Shown here: positions 8,626 through 16,480 of the stretch, in pieces
How positions within the stretch are numbered: position 1 is the stretch's first letter
Layout: every line of letters begins with the position of its first letter
Made by a program: the position numbers and the translations under genes
The notes under the pieces: model-generated
What the model was told of the DNA's origin: nothing
What the model saw: only the letters and a program-made list of their open reading frames with translations
The model's database searches: none
NCBI GenBank assembly: GCA_040878225.1
Contig: JBBDMR010000157.1
Coordinates: 1 to 49,742, forward strand
DNA from: Acidimicrobiia bacterium
GTDB taxonomy: Bacteria; Actinomycetota; Acidimicrobiia; Spongiisociales; ZC4RG35
DNA length: 49,742 bases
Direction of reading: 5' to 3'

Positions 8626-9561
8626 GTGGATAGAAGCATGAACCTCTCAGGCCAACTGGCCGACTGGACAATGGACGACTTGCTTCAGATCGTCCAGGTG
8701 ACCAAGAAGACCGGATCCCTTGACATCGTGGGTGTTCACAAGGGTCGTGTCCATTTCCGTGAGGGAAACATCACCGGTGCCGAATTGCACAGCTCGAAAG
8801 GTGTCTATGCGGGAACCGACACCTCGATCATCGCCGACGTAGTTTTTGTTCTCGGATCGATGACCGAAGGCGCTTTTGCGATGGGCCGCTCCGATGGCCC
8901 CGATGTCGATGGAGTCCCGATCGAAGCCATCACCGGTGCCATAAGCGAGTTGCGGGCCCTCGAGGCGATAGTCGCCGACAAAGGTTTGACCGACGCCGGG
9001 GATGTGAAGCTCAAATCCACGATCGAATCTGAAGTCACTATCTCCCCCGACGACTGGGCTGCAATTGCATCCCTGGTGGTGCCGTTCACTTTCACGACCC
9101 TGGCCGAACGCCTGGGCCGGGGGGCGGCAATCCGGATGGTCCATGCCTTCCACCGTCTCGACCTTGTCGAACCGGCCGAGTCGGATACATCAGAGTCAGT
9201 GATCGAACCTGTTCCGGGTGAGGTCAGTGAGGAAGAGTCCAACTGGCTCGACCGGCTTGCCGACGAAGTCTCCAGCACCGACTCGACCAAGTGGCTCGAA
9301 GACGCTGTCGCAGAGATGACTGCCGGCAGCGACGACGGTGCCGTCGAAGCAGTGCCCGCCAATGCAGCCCGGGCCGCGGACGCGAGCGTGAATGTCGAAG
9401 AGTCCGAGGCGGAATCATCCGACCCCGAGGTTGTGATTGCACCGAATGAGCCCAAGGACCGCTCTGCGGGAGCGCGGGGCATCTCTGCCCCTGCCTCAAC
9501 CACCCTGACCACCGGTGTCTACGACGATATTCGCCGTCTCCGCAGCAAGGTCTCCGAGTAG
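8626..9561 (+). CDS. DUF4388 (PATAN-like) domain protein with a long acidic C-terminal tail
   Basis: The N-terminus LSGQLADWTMDDLLQIVQVTKKTGSLDIVGVHKGRVHFREGNITGA fits DUF4388. The C-terminal ~130 aa are rich in D/E/S. GTG 8626 lies behind GGAAGGA; ATG 8638 is an alternative start. Confidence 0.7.
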   Translation: MDRSMNLSGQLADWTMDDLLQIVQVTKKTGSLDIVGVHKGRVHFREGNITGAELHSSKGVYAGTDTSIIADVVFVLGSMTEGAFAMGRSDGPDVDGVPIEAITGAISELRALEAIVADKGLTDAGDVKLKSTIESEVTISPDDWAAIASLVVPFTFTTLAERLGRGAAIRMVHAFHRLDLVEPAESDTSESVIEPVPGEVSEEESNWLDRLADEVSSTDSTKWLEDAVAEMTAGSDDGAVEAVPANAARAADASVNVEESEAESSDPEVVIAPNEPKDRSAGARGISAPASTTLTTGVYDDIRRLRSKVSE

Positions 9562-9740
9562 TGCCCCGACCACTAACGTTTGCCGCGTTCAGGACGGCCG
9601 ATGACGCCGCCAGCTGCGTCCTCGTCCTAGGCGAACGGGCCAGTGCGCCGTCGTCCTGCGTCCTTGCTGGACGACGCCCCTGACTCGCCCTGAACATCGC
9701 CAACGTCACTGGCCAGAGCACTTGCGGTAACGTCCCGTCG

Positions 9741-9965
9741 ATGCGAGACAAGAGCCCCTGGGTTCCCGACCGCCCCCTTTTATCGGTCTGGCCGGTGGCT
9801 CCGGTTTGGGGAAGACCACAGTTGCCGAAGATCGCGACGGTGCGTCCGATGCATATCGAGTTTGTCGAGACATCGAAGCGGTATGCCGATCTGATAATCC
9901 CCGAGGGACACAATCCCGCGGCCGTGGCGACGGTCATCGAATTGATACGCTCCCGTCTGGGCTAG
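9741..9965 (+). pseudogene. udk: Uridine kinase remnant (internal deletion plus frameshifts)
   Basis: The P-loop FIGLAGGSGLGKTTVAE is readable at about 9779-9829 in one frame. The typical Udk C-terminus RPMHIEFVETSKRYADLIIPEGHNPAAVATVIELI follows directly in another frame, ending at TAG 9963-9965. Only about 75 codons remain, against the roughly 200 aa expected for Udk. Confidence 0.6.
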
Positions 9966-10046
9966 CGGCCCTTGCAAGTCCGCTGACATTTCAACAGCCA
10001 GAAGTGCGCGACCAAACTTACGCGATAGTCCACTAGTCGGCGTTCT

Positions 10047-10052
10047 TATACT
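10047..10052 (+). promoter_or_regulatory. TATACT -10-like box, 7 nt upstream of the proC ATG (candidate leaderless promoter)
   Basis: TATACT lies at 10047-10052 and ATG at 10060. There is no Shine-Dalgarno sequence between them. Confidence 0.3.
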
Positions 10053-10059
10053 CTTCGCA

Positions 10060-10872
10060 ATGTCACATCAACCTTCTGTTGCGGTCCTCGGTGTCGGCGC
10101 CATGGGGGAGGCCCTCGTCTCCGGGTTGCTTCGCGCCGGATGGGGGAGCGAAAACGTGTCCCTTTGCGTCCGTCGAATTGAGAGGGGCGACGTGTTGGCC
10201 AACCAGACCGGGTGTCAGGTCTACCTCGACCCGGCCGAGGCGACAGCCGACCGCGACGTGGTCGTCGTGGCAGTCAAGCCGCGGGATGTCCCAACCGTGG
10301 TCAGCGCAATTGCGTCTTCGTTGCGCCCCGACCAGCTGGTCATCTCCCTGGCCGCCGGGATCACCACTGCCACCTACGAGTCGATGCTGCCAACCTCACC
10401 GGTGGTCAGGGCGATGCCCAATACCCCGGCCCTGGTCGGTGAGGGGGTGACCGGCATCGCCGGCGGGTCACGAGCGGGGGCGGCTGACCTGGAGAAGGCC
10501 CGCGTGATCCTGGGAGCGGTTGGTGACGTCAGAATCATGGATGAGACGTTGCTCGACGCGGTCACTGCGGTTTCCGGGACCGGCCCAGCGTATGTCTTCC
10601 TGCTCGCGGAAGCGTTGACCGATGCCGCGATTCGCGAGGGCTTGCCCCGCGACATCGCGGAGATGTTCGTAAACCAAACGGTGCAGGGAGCAGGCAGATT
10701 GCTGACCGCCATCGACAAGACACCCTCGGAGTTGCGGGCGCAGGTCACCTCTCCGGGAGGAACGACCGCAGCCGCGGTACATGTGCTCGAAGAGCGCGGG
10801 TTCAGGGCGCTCGTCGAGGATGCGGTGAGGGCGGCGGCGAAACGTGCCCATGAACTCGGGGAAGCCGGGTGA
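10060..10872 (+). CDS. proC: Pyrroline-5-carboxylate reductase
   Basis: 270 aa. Motifs: VAVLGVGAMGEAL Rossmann motif, VVVVAVKP, VVRAMPNTPALVGEG and TSPGGTTAAA. Confidence 0.93.
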   Translation: MSHQPSVAVLGVGAMGEALVSGLLRAGWGSENVSLCVRRIERGDVLANQTGCQVYLDPAEATADRDVVVVAVKPRDVPTVVSAIASSLRPDQLVISLAAGITTATYESMLPTSPVVRAMPNTPALVGEGVTGIAGGSRAGAADLEKARVILGAVGDVRIMDETLLDAVTAVSGTGPAYVFLLAEALTDAAIREGLPRDIAEMFVNQTVQGAGRLLTAIDKTPSELRAQVTSPGGTTAAAVHVLEERGFRALVEDAVRAAAKRAHELGEAG

Positions 10873-11777
10873 GTATCTTCTCCCGGGTGGTGACCGCCAC
10901 CACCCGATCCCGCCCGGTCGAGAAAGTGATCACCGGCACGAAGCCGGGAAAGGCCCTTGCCTCGAGGTTTGTGGCAGGGGAAACCCTGCAGGAGGCGGTG
11001 GCGATAGCTGCCGAGCTCAACCGGAGCGGGTTCCTCGTCTCATTGGACCTGCTCGGCGAGGAGGTCCACGACGAGCAATCGGCCCGCAACGCCCTAGCTG
11101 AGTACCTCGATTGCCTCGACCGGATCGCACAGGATGGAATCGATGCCAACATCTCCGTCAAGCTGACCCAGCTCGGTCTCGGCATCGACCGGGAGCTGAC
11201 GATCGACCTCGTGGCGCAGCTTGCCCGGCGGGCAGCAGAGGTCGGGACAACGGTGACAATCGACATGGAGGACTCGCGGTTCACCTCCGACACAGTGGAT
11301 ATCTTCGCCGACGCCCAAGAGAAGTTCGGCAACCTCGGGATTGCGATCCAGGCATACATGAGGCGAACACCTGTCGATCTCGATCGCCTCATCCCGTTGG
11401 GAGGGCACATCCGACTCTGCAAGGGAGCATATGTCGAGCCTCCGGAGGTTGCCCTCACCGTCAAGAGCGATGTGGACGCTGCCTTTGCGGCCCAGCTCGA
11501 GACGTTGATGGCGGCCGAGTCGATCCGGCCGGCGGTGGCCACACACGATTTGGAGATGGTCGATCATGCCCGTCAGCTTGCTCCCCAGCGGCTCGGGTAC
11601 TTCGAGTTCCAGATGCTGTACGGGGTGCGGCCGGCCTTACAGCAGTCGTTGGTCGAGGAGGGATTCCCGTTACGGGTCTATCTCCCGTTCGGGTCGCAGT
11701 GGTATCCGTACCTGACCCGGAGGATGGCCGAGCGACCGGCAAATTTGTGGTTCTTTATGAGGTCGTTGGCGGATTGA
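10869..11777 (+). CDS. Proline dehydrogenase (monofunctional PutA-type)
   Basis: 302 aa. The GTG start overlaps the proC stop (GTGA). RFVAGETLQEAVAIAAELNRSGFLVSLDLLGE...IAIQAYMRRT...IRLCKGAY is typical of the proline dehydrogenase family. Confidence 0.9.
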   Translation: MSIFSRVVTATTRSRPVEKVITGTKPGKALASRFVAGETLQEAVAIAAELNRSGFLVSLDLLGEEVHDEQSARNALAEYLDCLDRIAQDGIDANISVKLTQLGLGIDRELTIDLVAQLARRAAEVGTTVTIDMEDSRFTSDTVDIFADAQEKFGNLGIAIQAYMRRTPVDLDRLIPLGGHIRLCKGAYVEPPEVALTVKSDVDAAFAAQLETLMAAESIRPAVATHDLEMVDHARQLAPQRLGYFEFQMLYGVRPALQQSLVEEGFPLRVYLPFGSQWYPYLTRRMAERPANLWFFMRSLAD

Positions 11778-11817
11778 CCGTGTCGACCAAACCGGGTCGA
11801 TCGAATTGGCATGAAGA

Positions 11818-11843
11818 AAGGGGCAGCCCCAAGGCTGCCCCTT
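11818..11843. terminator. Bidirectional hairpin terminator between proline dehydrogenase and the convergent small ORF
   Basis: An 11-bp perfect stem AAGGGGCAGCC / GGCTGCCCCTT with loop CCAA. It sits in the 88-bp gap between convergent stops. Confidence 0.55.
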
Positions 11844-11865
11844 CACTCCGTTTGTAGGACGAGAC

Positions 11866-12087
11866 TCAGGCTGCCCTATCCAGGCCCGGTTGGTTGGCCG
11901 AGGGAGGTTCGGCCAGCCTCTCGCCAAGGGCGATGAGTCCGTTTCCGATGGCCCCTCTAAAGGAGTGGCCGTTTCGGACCATGACGCCGCTGGCTTTCGC
12001 CGAGCGGGCCATACGTCTGTTGTCTGTGGACATCTGGAGTCTCCCGACCCGATAGTCGTATTCGCTTCTGTCATTCAACGGGTACAT
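11866..12087 (-). CDS. Small hypothetical protein (73 aa), immediately downstream of the ArsR/DUF5937 gene
   Basis: ATG 12087 is preceded by AGAGGAG with a 6-nt spacer. Third-position GC is high across the ORF. Alternative starts are ATG 12105 (ATGA overlap with the upstream stop) and the internal MSTDNRR ATG behind GGGAG. I recognise no family. Confidence 0.45.
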   Translation of the reverse strand: MYPLNDRSEYDYRVGRLQMSTDNRRMARSAKASGVMVRNGHSFRGAIGNGLIALGERLAEPPSANQPGLDRAA

Positions 12088-12101
12088 TTGGTACTCCTCT
12101 C

Positions 12102-13241
12102 TCATGCAAGTGCAGATTTGTCTTGTGGTCGCATATAGCCCTCGAGAAATGCTGATGCATCCTCGAACGCCTGCGGTCTGAGGCCGTACTTGGACTCGGC
12201 TTTGGTCGATCCCATCTGGACCCGGACCAACCCGGCACCCCTCAGGATCGTGATGTGGTGGTGAACGGTTGACTTGGTCAGGTCGAGCAGTTCGGTCAGT
12301 TCATCGAGGCTCGTGTCACCCTCGGAGAGCCGGCGGAGGATCCTCAGCCTCTTCTCATCACTCAGTGCCTTGTAGAACCGGACCATCCAAGATGGCGGTG
12401 CCTCAGGATTGAGATTGAGGAACTCGTCGGCGAGCCCGTAACAGACGATCAACGCATCGCGGTACTGATCGATCAGCGACAGTGGTCTCACCACTACCGA
12501 CGGCACCAGGATCACCCGGCAAACACCGAGCGGGATCTCGTAGTCGAGGCCGTTGGTCACCTCTTCGATCACGTCCTTGGCGCTTTCCCTGGTGGCCACC
12601 GACCGGCGTGCCGCCGCTGCTGCGGCGATTGCCGTACCGAACTCGTCTTCATACTTCGAGAAGACTTCATTCCGGAACCTGTGCAGTGTCGCTGCCATCC
12701 GATCTCGCATCTCGATGGGGTCCATCTCGAACATCGCCAGTACCTGGTCGACGCCCTCCTGGTCCATGCTCGATCCGATGATCTCTCGCACTGATTCGAT
12801 GTCGCCCTGTGCCGCCTGCTCGATCAAGGATGGAGATGGCGGGCTCTGACCTGTCTCGAGAGCGTTCTGCTCGCCGAGATAGCCGAGGATCCACCGCCGC
12901 AACCGTTGCGGGTTCAGTTCCCCGATCCAGGTGAAGACACTGTCCGGGTCGTGCGGGTGCGGCGCCACCGAGATGAGCCCGAGGAGGCTGAGCCACACGG
13001 AGCAGTGACTCCCACCAAACCTGATGATCTCTTCTTTGAGATCGTCGGGAGTGGCGTCATGTGCTTCTGTGAACCAGTCGGCACCAAGATCGAACGATCC
13101 GGTGTATTTCTCCGAGCTGAAGAGGCTCCACATCGTGATCACCACCTCATATGAGATGGCACCATCGATCTCGATCGGGATCCGGCGCGTTGCGCTGTTC
13201 AGTTCCCTGACTTTCTGTTGTGGTGTGATCAATTCGGGCAT
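12102..13241 (-). CDS. ArsR-family transcriptional regulator with a large N-terminal DUF5937-like domain
   Basis: The C-terminal wHTH is LSDEKRLRILRRLSEGDTSLDELTELLDLTKSTVHHHITILRGAGLV. The longest ORF runs to 13352, but codons 1-37 are AT-rich with rare codons (ATA x3, TTA, AGA), so I prefer ATG 13241. Confidence 0.75.
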   Translation of the reverse strand: MPELITPQQKVRELNSATRRIPIEIDGAISYEVVITMWSLFSSEKYTGSFDLGADWFTEAHDATPDDLKEEIIRFGGSHCSVWLSLLGLISVAPHPHDPDSVFTWIGELNPQRLRRWILGYLGEQNALETGQSPPSPSLIEQAAQGDIESVREIIGSSMDQEGVDQVLAMFEMDPIEMRDRMAATLHRFRNEVFSKYEDEFGTAIAAAAAARRSVATRESAKDVIEEVTNGLDYEIPLGVCRVILVPSVVVRPLSLIDQYRDALIVCYGLADEFLNLNPEAPPSWMVRFYKALSDEKRLRILRRLSEGDTSLDELTELLDLTKSTVHHHITILRGAGLVRVQMGSTKAESKYGLRPQAFEDASAFLEGYMRPQDKSALA

Positions 13242-13261
13242 TTTGAAACTTTCATGGATAA

Positions 13262-13277
13262 TTCGATAACCATCGAA
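13262..13277. promoter_or_regulatory. Inverted repeat TTCGAT-N4-ATCGAA in an AT-rich divergent promoter region (candidate ArsR operator)
   Basis: Perfect 6-bp arms. The core ATTCGATAA recurs at 13317-13325. The region 13242-13399 is visibly AT-richer than the rest of the window. Confidence 0.25.
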
Positions 13278-13399
13278 CGACACTATATCACTAGGAACAT
13301 GCTCACGCAAGGGTCTATTCGATAAACTTCGTATGAGCAGCTCGTGTATCACCAGAGTCGCATGGCATCCGAGAAAGGGATGGTAGGCAGACGTCCTCC

Positions 13400-15616
13400 G
13401 TGGATATACACTCCGGCGCTATGACCGCCACGACGGAGCAGGAATCCGGGGTAGACGCTAATCAGCGCTCATCGGCGGTGCCGATGATTTTTGAAGCCCT
13501 GGGCGCAATCTCGGCTGTGGCGACGCTGCTCCTCGGAGTGCTGGGGACCATTCCCGAGCACCCCCATTTCGAAATTGGCCGTGAGGTGTTCGGAAACGTG
13601 CCGGATGCGGTTGTAGCTGTCTTCTACGTCGGTGTTGCCGGGTTTCTCTGGCTGACTTTCCACCTGCTGGCCCAGCGATCGCGGTCGTGGTTCCAGGGCC
13701 GGCCTGAGACCAGGTGGGGCGACTGGAGAAAGAGATTCCGGCGTCTGGGCCAGGGTCTGCGAATGGAGACTCTGATGCGGGACCGGCGCATGGGTGTCAT
13801 CCATTCGATGATCTACTACGGCTTCATCGTCCTGTTTCTGGGCACCGTCACCCTCGAGATCGATCATCTCCTCCCTTCCAACCTCAAATTCCTCCACGGC
13901 GGGTTCTATCAGGGTTACTCGGCGGTTCTCGACCTCGCCTCGCTCGTCTATTTGGGAGGTCTGGCGCTCGCCGCCGCCAATCGGTACGGAGCGAAGCCAT
14001 GGCGCCTCAAGTCGAAGACCAAGCCCGAAGACGCTCTGATCCTCCTGACGCTGGCCTTGATTGGCATAACCGGGTTGCTCACCGAAGGCGCCCGCATTTC
14101 ACTGGTTGGCCGCCCCGACTTCGAAGTGTGGTCTTTCGTCGGATACCCGATCTCACTCTTGATCCCCCAGGCGGCGGCAGGTGAGTTCCATCTCGCGATG
14201 TGGGTGGTTCACGTTCTCAGCTTCGTGGCCTTCCTTGTCGTCCTCCCCATGACCAAGCTCCGTCACATGGTCACCTCGCCGGCAAACCTCTTCCTAAGCC
14301 CGCAGGAGCGGCCCAAAGGGGCGATGCGACCGGTGCCGAACCTTATGGAGGCCGACGACATCGAGACCATCGGAGCCTCTCTGGCGAGCGATCTCACCTG
14401 GAAGCAGCTCTTCGACACCGATGCCTGCACCATCTGTGGCCGGTGTACGTCGGTGTGTCCCGCAAACATCACCGGCAAGCCACTGGACCCACGGGAGATG
14501 GTCCTCAAGTCGGGTGAGGTGGCCGCGGCAAATGCCGGAGTTGGCCCACCGGTCGGGTCATTCGCGACGCTTGCCCCTGGTGCGGGCCTCTTCGATCGGA
14601 TTACCGCGGAGGAAGCCTTCGCATGCACCACCTGCCGGGCGTGTGATGAGATCTGCCCGGTGGATATCGGGATCCTCGACCGCATCCTCGACATGCGGCG
14701 CCATCTCACGCTCATGGAGTCGGATTTCCCGGCAGAACTGGGCAAGGCGTTCGTAGCGATGGAGAACCAGTCGAATCCGTGGGGGATGAGCCAGCAAGCG
14801 CGCGCCGATTGGACGAAGGAGCTCGACTTCGAAGTCCCGGTCTTCGGTCAGAACGGCAAAGACACCGCGGAGTACCTGTGGTTCGTCGGATGTGCCGGGT
14901 CATTCGACGATCGCAACACCGCGGTGTCGGTCGCTCTGGCCCGACTGCTGCGCAAGGCCAACATCGACTTCGCCATTCTGGCCGGCCGGGAGCTCTGCAA
15001 CGGCGACCCGGCACGGCGTTCCGGCAACGAGTTCGTGTTCCAGCAGCTTGCCCTGCAGAACATCGGGACCTTTGACGAGATCGGCGTGAGAAAGGTGATC
15101 ACCCAGTGCGCCCACTGTTTCAACACAATCGCAAATGAGTATCCGCAGTTCGGCGGCAACTACGAGGTAGTCCACCACAGTCAGCTGCTGGCTTCTTTGT
15201 TGACCCTGGGGCGGCTGCCCGAACCGATCAGGGCCGATGGGCAGCGAAAGAAGATCGCCTATCACGATCCTTGCTATCTGGGCCGTCACAACGACGTCTA
15301 TGTCTCCCCAAGGGAGGTGGCTGCTGCTTCTGGCGATGTCGACCTGGTGGAGATGCCCAGGCACGGCACCCGGGCGTTGTGCTGCGGTGCCGGCGGGGCC
15401 AGGTTCTGGATGGAGGAGCAAACCGGCAAGAAGGTGAACATCGAGCGTGCGGAAGAGGCGCTGTCCACCGAAGCCGATGAAATCGCAGTCGCCTGCCCGT
15501 TCTGTCTGGTGATGCTCGATGACGGGGTCAAGGAGCTGGGCAGAGACGATGTGAGGGTACGGGACATTGCGATGATCCTCGCCGAGGGAATTCTGCCCGC
15601 GGCGGAGGATGGGTGA
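13400..15616 (+). CDS. Membrane-bound Fe-S oxidoreductase, HdrD/GlpC-like with a NarI-like membrane domain (EtfD / Rv0338c-like)
   Basis: 738 aa. N-terminal multi-TM domain with conserved His residues, two 4Fe-4S motifs (CTICGRCTSVCP, CTTCRACDEICP), and CCG-type Cys motifs (VGCAGSFD, ALCCGAGG). The start is uncertain (GTG 13400 or ATG 13421). Confidence 0.85.
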   Translation: MDIHSGAMTATTEQESGVDANQRSSAVPMIFEALGAISAVATLLLGVLGTIPEHPHFEIGREVFGNVPDAVVAVFYVGVAGFLWLTFHLLAQRSRSWFQGRPETRWGDWRKRFRRLGQGLRMETLMRDRRMGVIHSMIYYGFIVLFLGTVTLEIDHLLPSNLKFLHGGFYQGYSAVLDLASLVYLGGLALAAANRYGAKPWRLKSKTKPEDALILLTLALIGITGLLTEGARISLVGRPDFEVWSFVGYPISLLIPQAAAGEFHLAMWVVHVLSFVAFLVVLPMTKLRHMVTSPANLFLSPQERPKGAMRPVPNLMEADDIETIGASLASDLTWKQLFDTDACTICGRCTSVCPANITGKPLDPREMVLKSGEVAAANAGVGPPVGSFATLAPGAGLFDRITAEEAFACTTCRACDEICPVDIGILDRILDMRRHLTLMESDFPAELGKAFVAMENQSNPWGMSQQARADWTKELDFEVPVFGQNGKDTAEYLWFVGCAGSFDDRNTAVSVALARLLRKANIDFAILAGRELCNGDPARRSGNEFVFQQLALQNIGTFDEIGVRKVITQCAHCFNTIANEYPQFGGNYEVVHHSQLLASLLTLGRLPEPIRADGQRKKIAYHDPCYLGRHNDVYVSPREVAAASGDVDLVEMPRHGTRALCCGAGGARFWMEEQTGKKVNIERAEEALSTEADEIAVACPFCLVMLDDGVKELGRDDVRVRDIAMILAEGILPAAEDG

Positions 15617-16155
15617 GCGTTAAGAAGGTGGCCGCCGTGGTGGCGGTCAGCATCGCGTTTGGCTGTACGGCTGCGCCGGGGGGCACGTCGGAGTCGACTG
15701 TGCTCTCGGTGACGACCACCACCACGACGATCGCAGGCGATGCCGCAGCTACCCAGTACGTGGCGTGTCTCCGTGCCGAGGGCGTCGAGGTCGACGACAT
15801 TCCCATCGACGCCAATGGGCGGCCGATGCTCGACGCCATCAATGATCAGCTCAATTACTCCGACCCGGCGACAGTCGAAGCGGTCTCTGCCTGTGCCGGC
15901 ATTCTCTCCGAGGGGGCTCTCGATCTCGGGTTCGACGAGGGCTTCCGCCAGGCCGTGGTGGAACAACTTGCCGCTTTCTCGCGATGCGTTCGCGCCCGGG
16001 GGGTGGACGCCTTCCCCGACCCGGTTCCCGGGTTCATCGGAATCGGCTCGCCTTACCCGGTCGCAGAGATTCCATACGATGACGCCGACCTGCCGGCGGC
16101 AGTCGAGGCGTGCGAGAAGACCGTTTTCGGCGCCTTTCCCGGGGCCAGCGGCTGA
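15613..16155 (+). CDS. Secreted lipoprotein with an internally duplicated Cys-pair domain
   Basis: The GTG start overlaps the upstream stop (GTGA). It has a signal peptide with lipobox IAFGC, a poly-Thr linker, and two similar segments (CLRAEGVEVDD...AVSAC and CVRARGVDAFPDP...AVEAC). Confidence 0.7.
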   Translation: MSVKKVAAVVAVSIAFGCTAAPGGTSESTVLSVTTTTTTIAGDAAATQYVACLRAEGVEVDDIPIDANGRPMLDAINDQLNYSDPATVEAVSACAGILSEGALDLGFDEGFRQAVVEQLAAFSRCVRARGVDAFPDPVPGFIGIGSPYPVAEIPYDDADLPAAVEACEKTVFGAFPGASG

Positions 16156-16195
16156 CACGGAGACGATCTGCGTCCATGCTTCTATTCTTGCTGGG

Positions 16196-16480
16196 GTGAC
16201 AGCACCCGCTCCGGTCATCGATTCTCATGTCGACGAGGCGACCGACAAGGACCGACCCTGGCAGGTCGTGGTGTGGGACGACCCCGTCAATACGATCCCA
16301 TACGTCATCTACGTCTTCCGCAAGCTCTTTGGCTATAGCAAGCGCAAGGCAACCCGATTGACGATGGAGGTCCACAACGAAGGCAGATCAGCGGTCTCTG
16401 ACGGGCCGAGGGAACAGGTCGAGGCCCAGTGTTACCAGCTTCACGCCTATGGTCTCTGGGCCACAATCGAGCAGACCTGA
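16196..16480 (+). CDS. clpS: ATP-dependent Clp protease adaptor ClpS
   Basis: An in-frame GTG at 16196 lies within ORF 15740..16480. PWQVVVWDDPVNTIPYVIYVFRKLFGYSKRKATRLTMEVHNEGRSAV is the ClpS core. Confidence 0.85.
   Translation: MTAPAPVIDSHVDEATDKDRPWQVVVWDDPVNTIPYVIYVFRKLFGYSKRKATRLTMEVHNEGRSAVSDGPREQVEAQCYQLHAYGLWATIEQT

Noticed and set aside
9648-9675. A hairpin, CGTCGTCC-N12-GGACGACG, downstream of the DUF4388 gene, as a possible terminator or small RNA.
   Set aside because: The stem is only 8 bp with a large loop and no U-tract. It lies in probable pseudogene debris, so the evidence is insufficient.
9224-9937. A 237-aa minus-strand ORF spanning the non-coding gap after the DUF4388 gene and the udk remnant.
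   Set aside because: Its composition is extremely Arg-rich with no recognisable motifs. It overlaps the 3' end of a credible gene, and the plus strand carries clear Udk-derived peptide motifs.
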